Virus record (IMG/VR): IMGVR_UViG_3300047089_000244
Span: 96,001 to 160,000 of that record
Strand: one strand, 5' to 3'
Length of the DNA stretch: 64,000 nucleotides
From: a virus
Shown: positions 21,626-31,775 of the stretch, in pieces
Numbering within the stretch: position 1 is the stretch's first letter
Layout of the letters: every line of letters starts with the position of its first letter
Program-made: the position numbers and the translations under genes
Notes under the pieces: model-generated
Seen by the model: the letters and a program-made list of their open reading frames with translations, nothing else
The model's database searches: none
What the model was told of the DNA's origin: nothing

Positions 21626-21754
21626 AGCGTTAGAAGATCACTTCAAAGAGCCCGATGAACGCTAAGCAGACGAGCGTCTCAATGGCGAAGAGACGCACGC
21701 CTTCCTGCCATGTAGGCTGGGGGTTCCAGGAGTTCCAAAGCGCAATCAATCGCT

Positions 21755-23020
21755 TCATCGTCGTCTCACCGCCGGTCCCGCTGGTGGGACATCAGGGCGT
21801 AGTATAAGATCATTTGGCCAAAACCATCCGGTGACTCCATGTGGTTCCATTCTACCAGCTTCGGCTTGCGGACCGGCGAAGTAGACATTCACGAGCCCCA
21901 TAGGATCGGTGCCAAGAACCTCGCCGAGGCTATTTGCAGGGATTTCCTTGGTGTCGCCTGCGTTGAGACCAACTGTCTGTCCGTGGTCTGCTCGCTTCAA
22001 CTGGACCATATCGCCGTTACGGAACTGTTCCGTAGCAACACGCGAGAATGTACCGCCGGGGTTCTGCATGGGATTGAGAGGCGTCTGTGGCTTCTGTCCC
22101 GGCACCGAAACAGGATTGATGGCTGGCTGGAGAGAAGGGTCGTGTGGATATTGAGGAATCAAGCTCTGTGGTTCGGGCGCTTGACCAGGGACCGTTCCGG
22201 CAGGTTCAGGCGGGGGTGCGGTTTGATTAGGTAGTCCAGGCTTCTGTGGTCCCGGTGTACCGGCTGGTGACACCATTCCTGTACCGCCTCCCGGTACCTG
22301 CTCCATGCCCGGAGTAGGTCCCGCAGGCTGTGGAACTCCTTCTGGTGGCGCTGGAGCGCCTTCTCCGCCACCTGGTTGTGGTTCCTGCGGACCTTCAGCA
22401 CCAGGTCCTATTTCTTCATCAAGCGGCGTACCCAAAGACTGCCAGTACGTAGCAAGGACGTGTGAGCATACGCGACCCTCAAGCCGCTTCCATTGGCGCG
22501 TTCGTTGCCACGCGAACTGATCCCACTTGCATTCGCATGACCACGTTGCAATAGCCTGCGAATTCGGATCGTTACGCTGGACTTCCGTGTTGTAGGTACC
22601 ATGATCTCCTTCGACTACACCTGTGACGATTTCACGCGAGTTACGAGTGATCTTAACCTTCCCCGTTTTGATCAGACGTGTAGCCTTGGCCTGAATGTCC
22701 GGCCAGCCCGCTTCCTTGATCAAAGCCTCATCGGCATAATCCCAGTCAAGTGAATAAGAAGCTGGCTTAATACCGTGACCCTCTAACTGATTAGCAATGA
22801 TCACATAGGCATAACGACGATCAAGTGGAGTGCCACCAGAAGCGAAGATGTGCGCGGTACCTGGGACAGTGGGAAACCAACCAGCCTGCACAGCACCAAG
22901 ACGCATCGTGCGCTCAGGGAGCTTTGGGGGTTCACAGGCTAATGCAACTCGACAGTAATCCTCGAACCATGCCTCAGAGCTTTGTGTTGCAATAACGTTA
23001 GACCAATCCATTCTACCCAT
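21755..23020 (-). CDS. SWIM zinc-finger protein with Pro/Gly-rich linker
   Basis: WSCECKW ... VCSHVLA; start taken at MGRMDW, downstream of the ORF-track start. Confidence 0.75.
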   Translation of the reverse strand: MGRMDWSNVIATQSSEAWFEDYCRVALACEPPKLPERTMRLGAVQAGWFPTVPGTAHIFASGGTPLDRRYAYVIIANQLEGHGIKPASYSLDWDYADEALIKEAGWPDIQAKATRLIKTGKVKITRNSREIVTGVVEGDHGTYNTEVQRNDPNSQAIATWSCECKWDQFAWQRTRQWKRLEGRVCSHVLATYWQSLGTPLDEEIGPGAEGPQEPQPGGGEGAPAPPEGVPQPAGPTPGMEQVPGGGTGMVSPAGTPGPQKPGLPNQTAPPPEPAGTVPGQAPEPQSLIPQYPHDPSLQPAINPVSVPGQKPQTPLNPMQNPGGTFSRVATEQFRNGDMVQLKRADHGQTVGLNAGDTKEIPANSLGEVLGTDPMGLVNVYFAGPQAEAGRMEPHGVTGWFWPNDLILRPDVPPAGPAVRRR

Positions 23021-23051
23021 TATGACATAGATGGATGTCTGATCTACGTTT

Positions 23052-23366
23052 CTAGGCGTGATGCTTATGGAGGCGATGGTGATGGTGCTTCTTAATCTTA
23101 CGATGATGCTTAGGAGGATTAGAAGGCGTAATGGGAGTTGCAATTAGCACCGTAGGACCTTTTGTTTCGTCCGTTTCGTCAATTACTTCACTTTCTGGCG
23201 GTATCACGGTCACTTCGTTAGTCGTCCATTCTTCCATCACCGCGCACCCTTCGAGGCCACAGACTTCCTTAACGACAATTGGAGACGTTTCTTCTGCGTG
23301 CGCCGATGTAGCACCGAGAAGCAAGATGATAAGAGCAATACAAAAATAGAAGTACAAACGGGTCAT
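23052..23366 (-). CDS. secreted small protein with His/Lys-rich tail
   Basis: Signal peptide ending AHA; KHHRKIKKHHHHRLHKHHA. Confidence 0.65.
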   Translation of the reverse strand: MTRLYFYFCIALIILLLGATSAHAEETSPIVVKEVCGLEGCAVMEEWTTNEVTVIPPESEVIDETDETKGPTVLIATPITPSNPPKHHRKIKKHHHHRLHKHHA

Positions 23367-23561
23367 AGCTACCTTTCGTCGTCTTCTTCGAGGAGACGTA
23401 GAATCAAATCCTGACGCTCTTGCTCAGTGATCTGCTCCAACTCATCAGCGCGACGCGATGTCGTGCTGCGCCGATTGGGTCCTTCATACGGCAGTTGGAC
23501 TTGACGATGCTCGCCGAGACGCTTGTCGTCACGGGTTGTTGCGTAGGTCATACTCTGTATT

Positions 23562-25250
23562 CTACACTATGGGCTGTTCGTAGTCAAGGCCACGAACAGG
23601 GACTTCATCGTTGATCTGGCTATCCCACATAGCTTGTTGATGACCATCCCAAGCTCGTTGGTGAGCAGTGTCGTAGTCATCATGGCCTTCGGTCACGTCA
23701 AGGATCACCTGGTCGCCTTGAATCCACGAGCCCACGAACTTCTCAGGGTCCCGTAGACGATCAGCGAAGCGCTGGATAAAGGCTTCTACATCGGCTCTTT
23801 TAAAGTTATTCAACGAGAACGCCGTCTGGGTTGCAAGATCAGGAGCGAAGCCATAACGCGCATGCGGAGGTTCGCCATGAAGATTGATCGTACCCCCTGT
23901 TCCCTCGATAGCCGCCTCATAGATCCGCTGGGCCACTTGACCTACATCGATCTTGGCTTGGAAGTTCCAACGTGTATCTGGGGCATCAGCGGGTTGGATC
24001 GTAGGTGGCTCACCTATGTAACTTACCTTTGGGTCCTCGATAGCCCACTCTGGATGCAGCATGTCTCTCGGGTTTGTGAATTTGGTTCCAGGTATCGCGC
24101 GCCGTAATGCCTCCTCCGTTTTATACCCTTCATGATAACTGTGACCACCATAAGCCTCTGCGTAGCCATTCGCTCCTATAGTACCCCAAGTTGTATTTGG
24201 AGGTAGGCCTTCGCCCCATATCGGATGATATCTAAGTTGATCATGCGTAGCCTTCTCACCCTCTTCGCGCCCCATCTCGCCAAGCAAAAGATGATTGGCT
24301 GCCGGATCATATACGAACTTAGCTATCTGTCGATCATAAGGAGCGGCGGTCCTGCTCAGGGTGCCACGCGTCTCCTTCTGGTAACTATCACAGAGTTGGT
24401 CAGCCCTTACTCCATATTCGCCATACCCCCAACACTTGCCGCGACCACCTTTGTTCTTATGATACATCTTACAAGACAAACAGTTCTTGGTGGGTGAACC
24501 TTGACGCAGACGAGGAGGCTTAACCGGCGCGCCCGCTATCTTAGCTATATACTCACCGCTAGCCTGACTGATCTCTGGGAAGAGTCCTCGATTGGCAAGC
24601 ATCTTGTAAATAATATTGGACTCAGAGAAGTCCCCCTTTCCCTTCACCATGTCGCGCTGGCGCTTCTTGTGAATCGAATGCCAGAAGGCGATAGCCTGCT
24701 CAGGCTCGTACTTTAGTAACCTTTCCATCTTGTCAGCCATCTGTAATCCCCACGCATAGAAGCCACCCTGCTCCTTCTGCACATCATGAACGCGACCTCG
24801 CTCAGGTGGCACGATCCATTTGTTGTTGTCGAGATTATACCCGGAGCGTAGTCCTGGCTTGTAGAGATCACTTGGCTTGATCCCCTCACCGACTACAAAA
24901 TCCTGAAGAGGGTGCGGGGTACCAGGGAGTAATACGCCATCGAGCTTCTCTACCATGAGAGCAATCATCTCCGCGCGTGACCACTCCGGGAAGATCCTGG
25001 TATCCACAAAGAGGCTGATATCTACGTCACTGTCGTCGCTGTACTGATAAGTCGTGAGAGAGCCCGTAAGGACGAGCGTCAACCACTTCTCAACGTCCGT
25101 GTAGCCACCGTCTTCGAGAGTCTTGTAGACATGACTCTTGATCCAATGTGCATGAATAGGCTTGAGGATGGGCTTGTCTGCCGCAGGGTTGTCCCACACA
25201 CGCGCATCAAGTTCAGCGTGTATAGGGTCTAAGATATTACCGAGTCGCAT
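23562..25250 (-). CDS. 562-aa polyvalent protein: Pol-beta-type nucleotidyltransferase, 4-Cys domain and two further modules
   Basis: LTGSLTTYQYSDDSDVD; ESNIIYKML; CLSC..C..C; C-terminal GSW..ILDV..HQQAMWD. Confidence 0.8.
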   Translation of the reverse strand: MRLGNILDPIHAELDARVWDNPAADKPILKPIHAHWIKSHVYKTLEDGGYTDVEKWLTLVLTGSLTTYQYSDDSDVDISLFVDTRIFPEWSRAEMIALMVEKLDGVLLPGTPHPLQDFVVGEGIKPSDLYKPGLRSGYNLDNNKWIVPPERGRVHDVQKEQGGFYAWGLQMADKMERLLKYEPEQAIAFWHSIHKKRQRDMVKGKGDFSESNIIYKMLANRGLFPEISQASGEYIAKIAGAPVKPPRLRQGSPTKNCLSCKMYHKNKGGRGKCWGYGEYGVRADQLCDSYQKETRGTLSRTAAPYDRQIAKFVYDPAANHLLLGEMGREEGEKATHDQLRYHPIWGEGLPPNTTWGTIGANGYAEAYGGHSYHEGYKTEEALRRAIPGTKFTNPRDMLHPEWAIEDPKVSYIGEPPTIQPADAPDTRWNFQAKIDVGQVAQRIYEAAIEGTGGTINLHGEPPHARYGFAPDLATQTAFSLNNFKRADVEAFIQRFADRLRDPEKFVGSWIQGDQVILDVTEGHDDYDTAHQRAWDGHQQAMWDSQINDEVPVRGLDYEQPIV

Positions 25251-26398
25251 TCTATCTCATTTCCTCAGGTGCCATCCATGGACTGATAAAACGATTTCTA
25301 CCATCCGCATTATGCTCAACATAGAACCCCCACGCTTCTAAGGCAGCGGCAAGGGCACTCTCCGTCTCATAAGAATCTAAACAGCAAGGCCCCATCAGAG
25401 CATTATACCGAGCTTTATTTGCAGCATCGACAACATTGGAGGGTACAACGATATGAGAGGCAAAATGTGGCATTAATCCCTATTCACTATATAGAACTCC
25501 TCTATTACCTTCCAGGAGCCAAGAGGTTCTGATTCATGGGCGTGCTGAAAGCAAAGCAATTGCTCACGATCATCGGGATAGCAAACACAACCCTTGTCCA
25601 TCACAACTCGAACAGCAGCCTCACCATCCCCAAATCTACACTGGGGAATCACTTCTTTGCACCTTCTTTATGGAGAACGATTGTTTCAGTCGGAGTCTTG
25701 ATCCCAACGCAAAGTACGCGCTTCGGGAGTTTGGTGCTGGGGATCAATAATATGGATTTGGAAGAGGTCTTCAAGGGTTCCATCCTCTCGCTTGATGAAG
25801 ACGCGCTTAGGGCGCTTGACTCGATTGATATACTTGACACTAGAAGGTAAGCCTAGCATTTCTCTATCGTCACCTTGAGTTCTGCACGGCGCTCCTCAGA
25901 GGGGGGAGCCAAAAGACCAAAGTAACCATCCCGAGCCTGTAGTTCGGCATGAGTCGGTGATACAGCGCTTACCTTGAAGACGTGGATCTCGCCCGTCTTG
26001 GGGTCCTTGCAAAGAGCAATATACTCGTCAAACTTGAGGGTCGTCATGTGTTCTCAGGGTTGATTATTGCCTCAACATCACGTATCTTCTGTTCCTGGAG
26101 GCGCGTGACGCGCTCCTCAAAATCTTTCTTGACAGCCCGTAGAAGAAAGGTGGCGTGAGCATCGCTGAGACGCTCCACATCAGCCGCCGGAATCTCATCC
26201 TCGGGGCCGAAATAGATTTGTCCGTTCTGTTCCATCACGTCTCCGAAAGTGTGCAAAGTGTGCAGTCAGGTAGGATGCCATTCTCAACGTAATCATTCCA
26301 GATCGTAAGGATTATCGTCACGTCAATGATGATTCCCTGCGTCGATAGTGTGTCTGCTCGCTGGATGGCTAGTTCCAACATACGTAATCTATGCTTCA

Positions 26399-29300
26399 TC
26401 ATACCTCCGGTTGTGCGTTGATATACTCTTGCGCTCGCTGGAGTAACGCGCTCTTCTCATTGAGAGTCGGGTCCGCCACCACATCGTTAGTTAGCTGTCG
26501 TAGGATTGTACCAACTTGTGGTCCCGGTTTCAAGCCGAGAGCCAAGAGGTCGTTCCCGTTGACGCTAATCGCCGACTGGGTGGTAGGCGCTCCGGACTGC
26601 CGAGACTGCTCCACGAGTTCGCGCATCGTATCAACAGGCGTCTTATAGGACGTATCGATTCCTTTGCCCTCGTTATCAGCCGCACGGAGCGTTAAGAGGT
26701 CATCTGCCGCCTCTCCCGTCTTGTTCAGGAACTTACGAGCCCCCTTAGCACTAGAGAATTGCGGGAACATGTGCTGCGAGATCAAGTTGTGAATGTTGCG
26801 AATTTTGGTGACCGGATAGTTAAAGGTCTGGCGTAGGCGAGCCTCAGTCATATCCGCTCCGACTTTGGCGTGGTCGGCTCCCACTGGGACCCCTTCCAGC
26901 ATGCCCGCGTAGTAGTGTGTCACGCCCGTCGCTGGGTCTATCCATGCAGAAGCGGGCTTGCCCGTATCATGCAAGAGAGCAGCTAGGCGCAGGTCTGGAT
27001 CTTTGGAAGCGCGCGAGACATTATCGAACACATTTAGGCTATGCTCACCTAGTGAATAATTATGGTGAGGGTTTTTCTGATCATAGTCGAAGTTATTCGC
27101 TAGCTCAGGGAAGAGATGTTTGAGTACGCCTGTTTCCTGAGCCAAGCGGAATGCGCCCGCTGGATTAGCGCTCGTCAGAAGCTTCTCAAGCTGTTGCTTT
27201 AGCGCATCAGGTGACTCCTGATCCAGACGGTGAGCGTACTCTTCCATCTCCTTACGCGTCTGCTCGTCCGGAACCAGTCCGTGGCGGGAGTGCATCGTGA
27301 GGGCTCGGACCAAACGTGTTGGGTCCTCATCGAATGATCCTGGGTGAGTAGTCCGTAAAGTATGGGACTCAATGTCTCTAGCTCCTCCGTAGGGATCAAG
27401 CAATCGCCCCGACGAGTCAAGATCAACGGCCATAGAATTGGCCGTAAAGTCTCGTCGCTGTAAGTCTTTCTCGATTGGGAGATGATGATCGACTGTGATT
27501 TTTCCTTGTCCACGGGTTCCTCCTGATTCGTATGTGTCGGTGCGAGGAAGTGCGATCTCGACCTCTTGGCCTTTGGTATGATAGCGGTAGACGCCAAAGC
27601 GCTTACCCGTAAGATCCACGCGGCCCGGTAGATGCTCCAAGATGTTATTCACGTCCTCGGGCGGAATACCCGATACCATAAGATCAATGTCCTTAGGCTC
27701 CTTCTGAAGGAGAGCATCTCGCACGGCTCCACCAACGACATAGACCTTACCGCCAGCTTCTTTAAGAGCTTGTGAGGCCGTCCAAGCAGCACCATCAGCA
27801 GCCGTAATCGAACGGATGTATGTGCCTACGTCCGCCGAAGCAACCTTGTGCTTTTCTCCTGTCTGGCTTTCCATTTCGAGGCTCGTGATCTCTAGTCCTG
27901 GGTGACTATAGTACCACAACTGCATCATGTGATATGTGGAGAACGGGATAGTAGTCGTCGTATTGATGACCATCTTACCCTTTGGTTCGTAGTATCCCTC
28001 CACGATGCCACCTGGTGTAAACTGCCCCATGATGTCTGGAGTACGCATACCGGGGTGGCCTACCGTGATATAGTCCTTTTCGATGTCGTAGATGAAGGGG
28101 ATTGGAGCCTGAAGCAAGTCCTTTCCTTCTTTGCCGCCTGCGGCCTCGAAGTGCCACCCCGCTTCGTTCCTCCATCCAGGACCAATCGGTTGTAGGTGTT
28201 CTGGAAGTTGAGAAGTTCCGTCTCTCTGTGCCTGCACGAACTCCTTAACCCGGTTCAAGTGAGATACGTCCTCAGGAAGATCATCCTCTGTGATGTATTG
28301 GCCCCCGTGTGCGCCTATTTCTGTAGCGTGCTTGCCACGAGGGTCATAGGAGAACGAAGCATGTGGCCAATTGTTGGGATCTCTCAAAGAGAGATTCATG
28401 TCCGCCCCCATTACATGCTGACTAGAAGGATCGTAAACCATATCGTTTTGATCCTCTGATGTGCCCATACCTCCCCAGCAATGGTGCATCATGTCCCCCT
28501 CTCTACCAACCTCATTCCAGCTAGGCAAATGTCGAATAGTCCACCCATCAGGAAATTGATGAAGAATCTCCGTCTGCTCTGGTCCATGTACCTCTTCGAG
28601 TTTTGTCTTAAACCGTTGTTGTTGAGGAACGGTCATTCGTCCGAAGTGCCATTTGTCTGATGAAACAAAAGCCCCCATCACAGGAATAGCCGTAGGTGTG
28701 ACGTTGCGCGGTCGCAGTGGCAATGGCTCGTCTTTGTCTTCGATGGTCGGGAAGTGTCCGTCATCGATCGGCGCAGCTTTGGGGTCCTGGTGATCCTGCG
28801 TATGCATAACGTAGGCTTTGAAATCTGGTAGCGTCTCGTTGCAATATGGGCAGGTGAGTTGACCTTGGGGCTCGCCATCAAAAGCTTTGCCCGGTTCTGC
28901 TTCTGGATCGCCCTTGTCGTATGTGGTCGGCCACTCCTTGTTCTTGATACGATCGTTCATGTCCGTGCCACCTGGGTACTCTGCAATGCGATACCCAAAG
29001 TCATCTGCCCATTCGATTAGTCCCGGCAGAGCAAACGGATTTGGAGGACGGTTGAAACTAGCTGTACGACCTACTATCTCGATCTCATCGTGATTACCCC
29101 AGAACGGGCGACTGCTGAGCTTAAGCTTACCCTCGCGCCATCCATACCAGTATGACTTCTTGGCTCCAAAATCATCATGAATTGGTTGACCACTGCTATC
29201 TACCAAGCCACCCCACTTCCATCCAACTTGCTTGCTGTAATCCTTCATCATTTTTACTAGCCCGCGCAAGCCGATGTTGCTCTCGACACTCCAGAGAGCA

Positions 29301-30106
29301 TCACGTCCGCGCACATTGACATACCCAACGGCCATCGGGCCGTTATGATCGGGAGCGATCTGAGCCTCTTCTGCCATCTGTTCGTGGTCGTCTACGGGTG
29401 AGACTTTGAACTCGCCGTTGCCGAAGATGAACTTATACTCATGCTCAACAGGTTCCTCCATCGAGAGATTGAGGTCGTCTATCACCGGGTCGTGGAAATC
29501 GCGTTGATTGAATTCCTCTTCTGCCTGCGGGCCTTCGCCAGGATACGCGTCGGAACCCGATCCACCGGAGTCGGCTTGCTTCAGAATCTTACCCTCTAGA
29601 GCGGCATTAGCACGTTCGGCAAATAACTGTGATCGCTGAGTGATGTTTGGCGACTGTTCTAGGTCTTCCCAGTCACGTTTGTCCTGTCCTGGTTGAGGAT
29701 CACTCTGAATGCGGAAGTCGCGATAGAGAGGATTGGTTGCATGCGTGTAGACAATTGGGCCTGGCCTATGGCGCATCTGTTCAGGCTCATACTCATAGGG
29801 CTCATCCTCCGCGTCTTGTGGGCGCGGCGTACCTTTGACAGGAGTGAAAGCATACTGGTCGCCTGTGAGATCCACGACGTAATTCCTATCTGGGCTCACC
29901 CAGAAGAAGTGACCTTCCTTCTGGCCAATATGTCCGCCGCCGAGCTTGCTCTGAAGCCACTTAGATGTAACGTAACAATGTCCAGCGCTCGGCTGTGGAT
30001 GACCGCGAGAGTCCTCGGGGCGTGTCTCATCTGACCATGCGTGTTCTGCTGCGCGGCGTAGCTCGTGCAGTTTCTCTTGTGTGATCGTGTCTGGATCAAA
30101 TCCCAT
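26399..30106 (-). CDS. cca: 1235-aa polyvalent protein ending in a class II CCA-adding enzyme with HD domain
   Basis: VVGGAVRDALL..KDIDL, DLQRRDFTANS, DEDPTRLVRA, LAALLHDTGK; N-terminal GHCYVT..GG..HF, C2H2 finger, PcfJ-like module. Confidence 0.88.
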   Translation of the reverse strand: MGFDPDTITQEKLHELRRAAEHAWSDETRPEDSRGHPQPSAGHCYVTSKWLQSKLGGGHIGQKEGHFFWVSPDRNYVVDLTGDQYAFTPVKGTPRPQDAEDEPYEYEPEQMRHRPGPIVYTHATNPLYRDFRIQSDPQPGQDKRDWEDLEQSPNITQRSQLFAERANAALEGKILKQADSGGSGSDAYPGEGPQAEEEFNQRDFHDPVIDDLNLSMEEPVEHEYKFIFGNGEFKVSPVDDHEQMAEEAQIAPDHNGPMAVGYVNVRGRDALWSVESNIGLRGLVKMMKDYSKQVGWKWGGLVDSSGQPIHDDFGAKKSYWYGWREGKLKLSSRPFWGNHDEIEIVGRTASFNRPPNPFALPGLIEWADDFGYRIAEYPGGTDMNDRIKNKEWPTTYDKGDPEAEPGKAFDGEPQGQLTCPYCNETLPDFKAYVMHTQDHQDPKAAPIDDGHFPTIEDKDEPLPLRPRNVTPTAIPVMGAFVSSDKWHFGRMTVPQQQRFKTKLEEVHGPEQTEILHQFPDGWTIRHLPSWNEVGREGDMMHHCWGGMGTSEDQNDMVYDPSSQHVMGADMNLSLRDPNNWPHASFSYDPRGKHATEIGAHGGQYITEDDLPEDVSHLNRVKEFVQAQRDGTSQLPEHLQPIGPGWRNEAGWHFEAAGGKEGKDLLQAPIPFIYDIEKDYITVGHPGMRTPDIMGQFTPGGIVEGYYEPKGKMVINTTTTIPFSTYHMMQLWYYSHPGLEITSLEMESQTGEKHKVASADVGTYIRSITAADGAAWTASQALKEAGGKVYVVGGAVRDALLQKEPKDIDLMVSGIPPEDVNNILEHLPGRVDLTGKRFGVYRYHTKGQEVEIALPRTDTYESGGTRGQGKITVDHHLPIEKDLQRRDFTANSMAVDLDSSGRLLDPYGGARDIESHTLRTTHPGSFDEDPTRLVRALTMHSRHGLVPDEQTRKEMEEYAHRLDQESPDALKQQLEKLLTSANPAGAFRLAQETGVLKHLFPELANNFDYDQKNPHHNYSLGEHSLNVFDNVSRASKDPDLRLAALLHDTGKPASAWIDPATGVTHYYAGMLEGVPVGADHAKVGADMTEARLRQTFNYPVTKIRNIHNLISQHMFPQFSSAKGARKFLNKTGEAADDLLTLRAADNEGKGIDTSYKTPVDTMRELVEQSRQSGAPTTQSAISVNGNDLLALGLKPGPQVGTILRQLTNDVVADPTLNEKSALLQRAQEYINAQPEV

Positions 30107-30119
30107 CGCTTATTACTAC

Positions 30120-30887
30120 TTAGAAGGGTAGATCATCTTCGGGATGTGGGGTTGGGAAATGAGGAGCACCATTGTGTGGGTTCATAAAGGGGTTCTCGAA
30201 CGGCAATTCCTCCAAGAGCTTTTGCCCTGCGTTACTACGAAATGCCGCTACCCCATTATGAGGTCGGCCTTGTGCATTATGCCATGTTTCTAGAGGCATC
30301 TCTTTAACATAGACTGAAGCCATACTTGTGCGATAATTGAGCAACACCAATACCCCTAAGACACCTCGAAGGCCAAGTTCTGCTGCGGCATTATTCTTTG
30401 ATTCTCTCTCGTGTACTCGACCAGGAATAAAGCGATGATTCTGCGCATCGAACCCTAGAGTCTTTACCTCGATTCCCCATTCCTTGGTAGTGCCATCAAG
30501 TGGAGAATTAGCCGCCGCGCCACCCGGATGCCACCACATAATCGGTCCGTAACCCGGAAGTCCATGTCTGGCTATAAGGTCCTCACCGATCTGTCCTTGC
30601 TCTCCCATTGAGAGGCCGATACGAGTTCCACCACCCGCAGAGAAGGACTCTAGATGATCTTCAGGTGATCCGTGCCACGGTAAATGTGACATGGTGTCAT
30701 AGGTCGATCTACATTTTGGACAAGTATAATAGCCCGCGTCCTGATGCTCCTGAACTTCTTGCTGCGCTTCAGGAGAGATGAAGAAGTTACAGCCCGGCTT
30801 ATAGCACTTCTCATAGCCATCCTTCGCTAGCTCTTCGGCTTCCTCAGGAGAATACGCGCGGGCTCCATGTTCATTATCAAGCAGCAT
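30120..30887 (-). CDS. Zn finger plus PD-(D/E)XK-like nuclease domain
   Basis: C..PGC..CPKC; GE..I; LDG..WGIEVKT. Confidence 0.55.
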   Translation of the reverse strand: MLLDNEHGARAYSPEEAEELAKDGYEKCYKPGCNFFISPEAQQEVQEHQDAGYYTCPKCRSTYDTMSHLPWHGSPEDHLESFSAGGGTRIGLSMGEQGQIGEDLIARHGLPGYGPIMWWHPGGAAANSPLDGTTKEWGIEVKTLGFDAQNHRFIPGRVHERESKNNAAAELGLRGVLGVLVLLNYRTSMASVYVKEMPLETWHNAQGRPHNGVAAFRSNAGQKLLEELPFENPFMNPHNGAPHFPTPHPEDDLPF

Positions 30888-31091
30888 CGATTTCGCGTCT
30901 CTTAGCGGTTGCTACAGAAATGGCTAGAATTGGGCCATCGCAATAACTACAAATCGCAACCGGCGCATGATATCGCATGGTATAGCTAGGAAGCGCAACA
31001 AGAGTGATAGATGGCTTTCTCGCCTTTGCCCATCGCTCCTCACAATTCTCACAGACCTCTCCGGCCTTCTGAAACTCGAAATTGTCTTTCC

Positions 31092-31760
31092 TCATTTGTT
31101 CTCATTCTTTACCTGTTGCTCGATAACGCCAGCTATCGTTGCATCCTGTAAAGAAGCAAGAAGATGAGCTAGTTGTGACTGCACAATTAAAGCATATTCA
31201 GGCTCTCGCGCAGCGTGAAAAACGCGAGGGGTAATCATAGGGAGAGCACCAGGAACCTCCATATAATCTAAAGCAATAACCAAATATGCAGGAGCTTTAG
31301 TCAAAGCTTCACCGGCTTGCACAGCCAAATCCTCATATTTATCGGCATCCCCCGGCTCCTTTACATCATCTTCCACAACAGACGCGTCAGATGAAGGAGC
31401 CTCAATTTGCTGGGTCGATCCTAAAGCACTAAAGATAGACTTGACGAAATTTTCAGTAATCCCTCTTACCTTATCCTCAATCTCCTCTTGGTTATTCTGT
31501 TGCGTTGGATCATCCATCTTGTTCTCCTCTACTGCTTCGAATTGACCCTCCCAGGTCCAACCATCCTCTTGCCCATTATAGGCCCAATGGTCTTTGTCCC
31601 ATTCGATTAAGACTTGGGGATATCCATATTTATCTCGTTTGCGCTTTCTGATCCAGCCCTCATTCCCGACACGGCTGAATCCATTATAAAGACCTGGGTC
31701 CACCCCTTCGCGTAGCTTGACGCGCGTGTTGATCATAAATCGCTGCTCGGGCTTATTCAT
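31092..31760 (-). CDS. hypothetical protein (SH3-like N-terminus)
   Basis: ORF track. Confidence 0.6.
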   Translation of the reverse strand: MNKPEQRFMINTRVKLREGVDPGLYNGFSRVGNEGWIRKRKRDKYGYPQVLIEWDKDHWAYNGQEDGWTWEGQFEAVEENKMDDPTQQNNQEEIEDKVRGITENFVKSIFSALGSTQQIEAPSSDASVVEDDVKEPGDADKYEDLAVQAGEALTKAPAYLVIALDYMEVPGALPMITPRVFHAAREPEYALIVQSQLAHLLASLQDATIAGVIEQQVKNENK

Positions 31761-31775
31761 GTGACTATCTATCCA

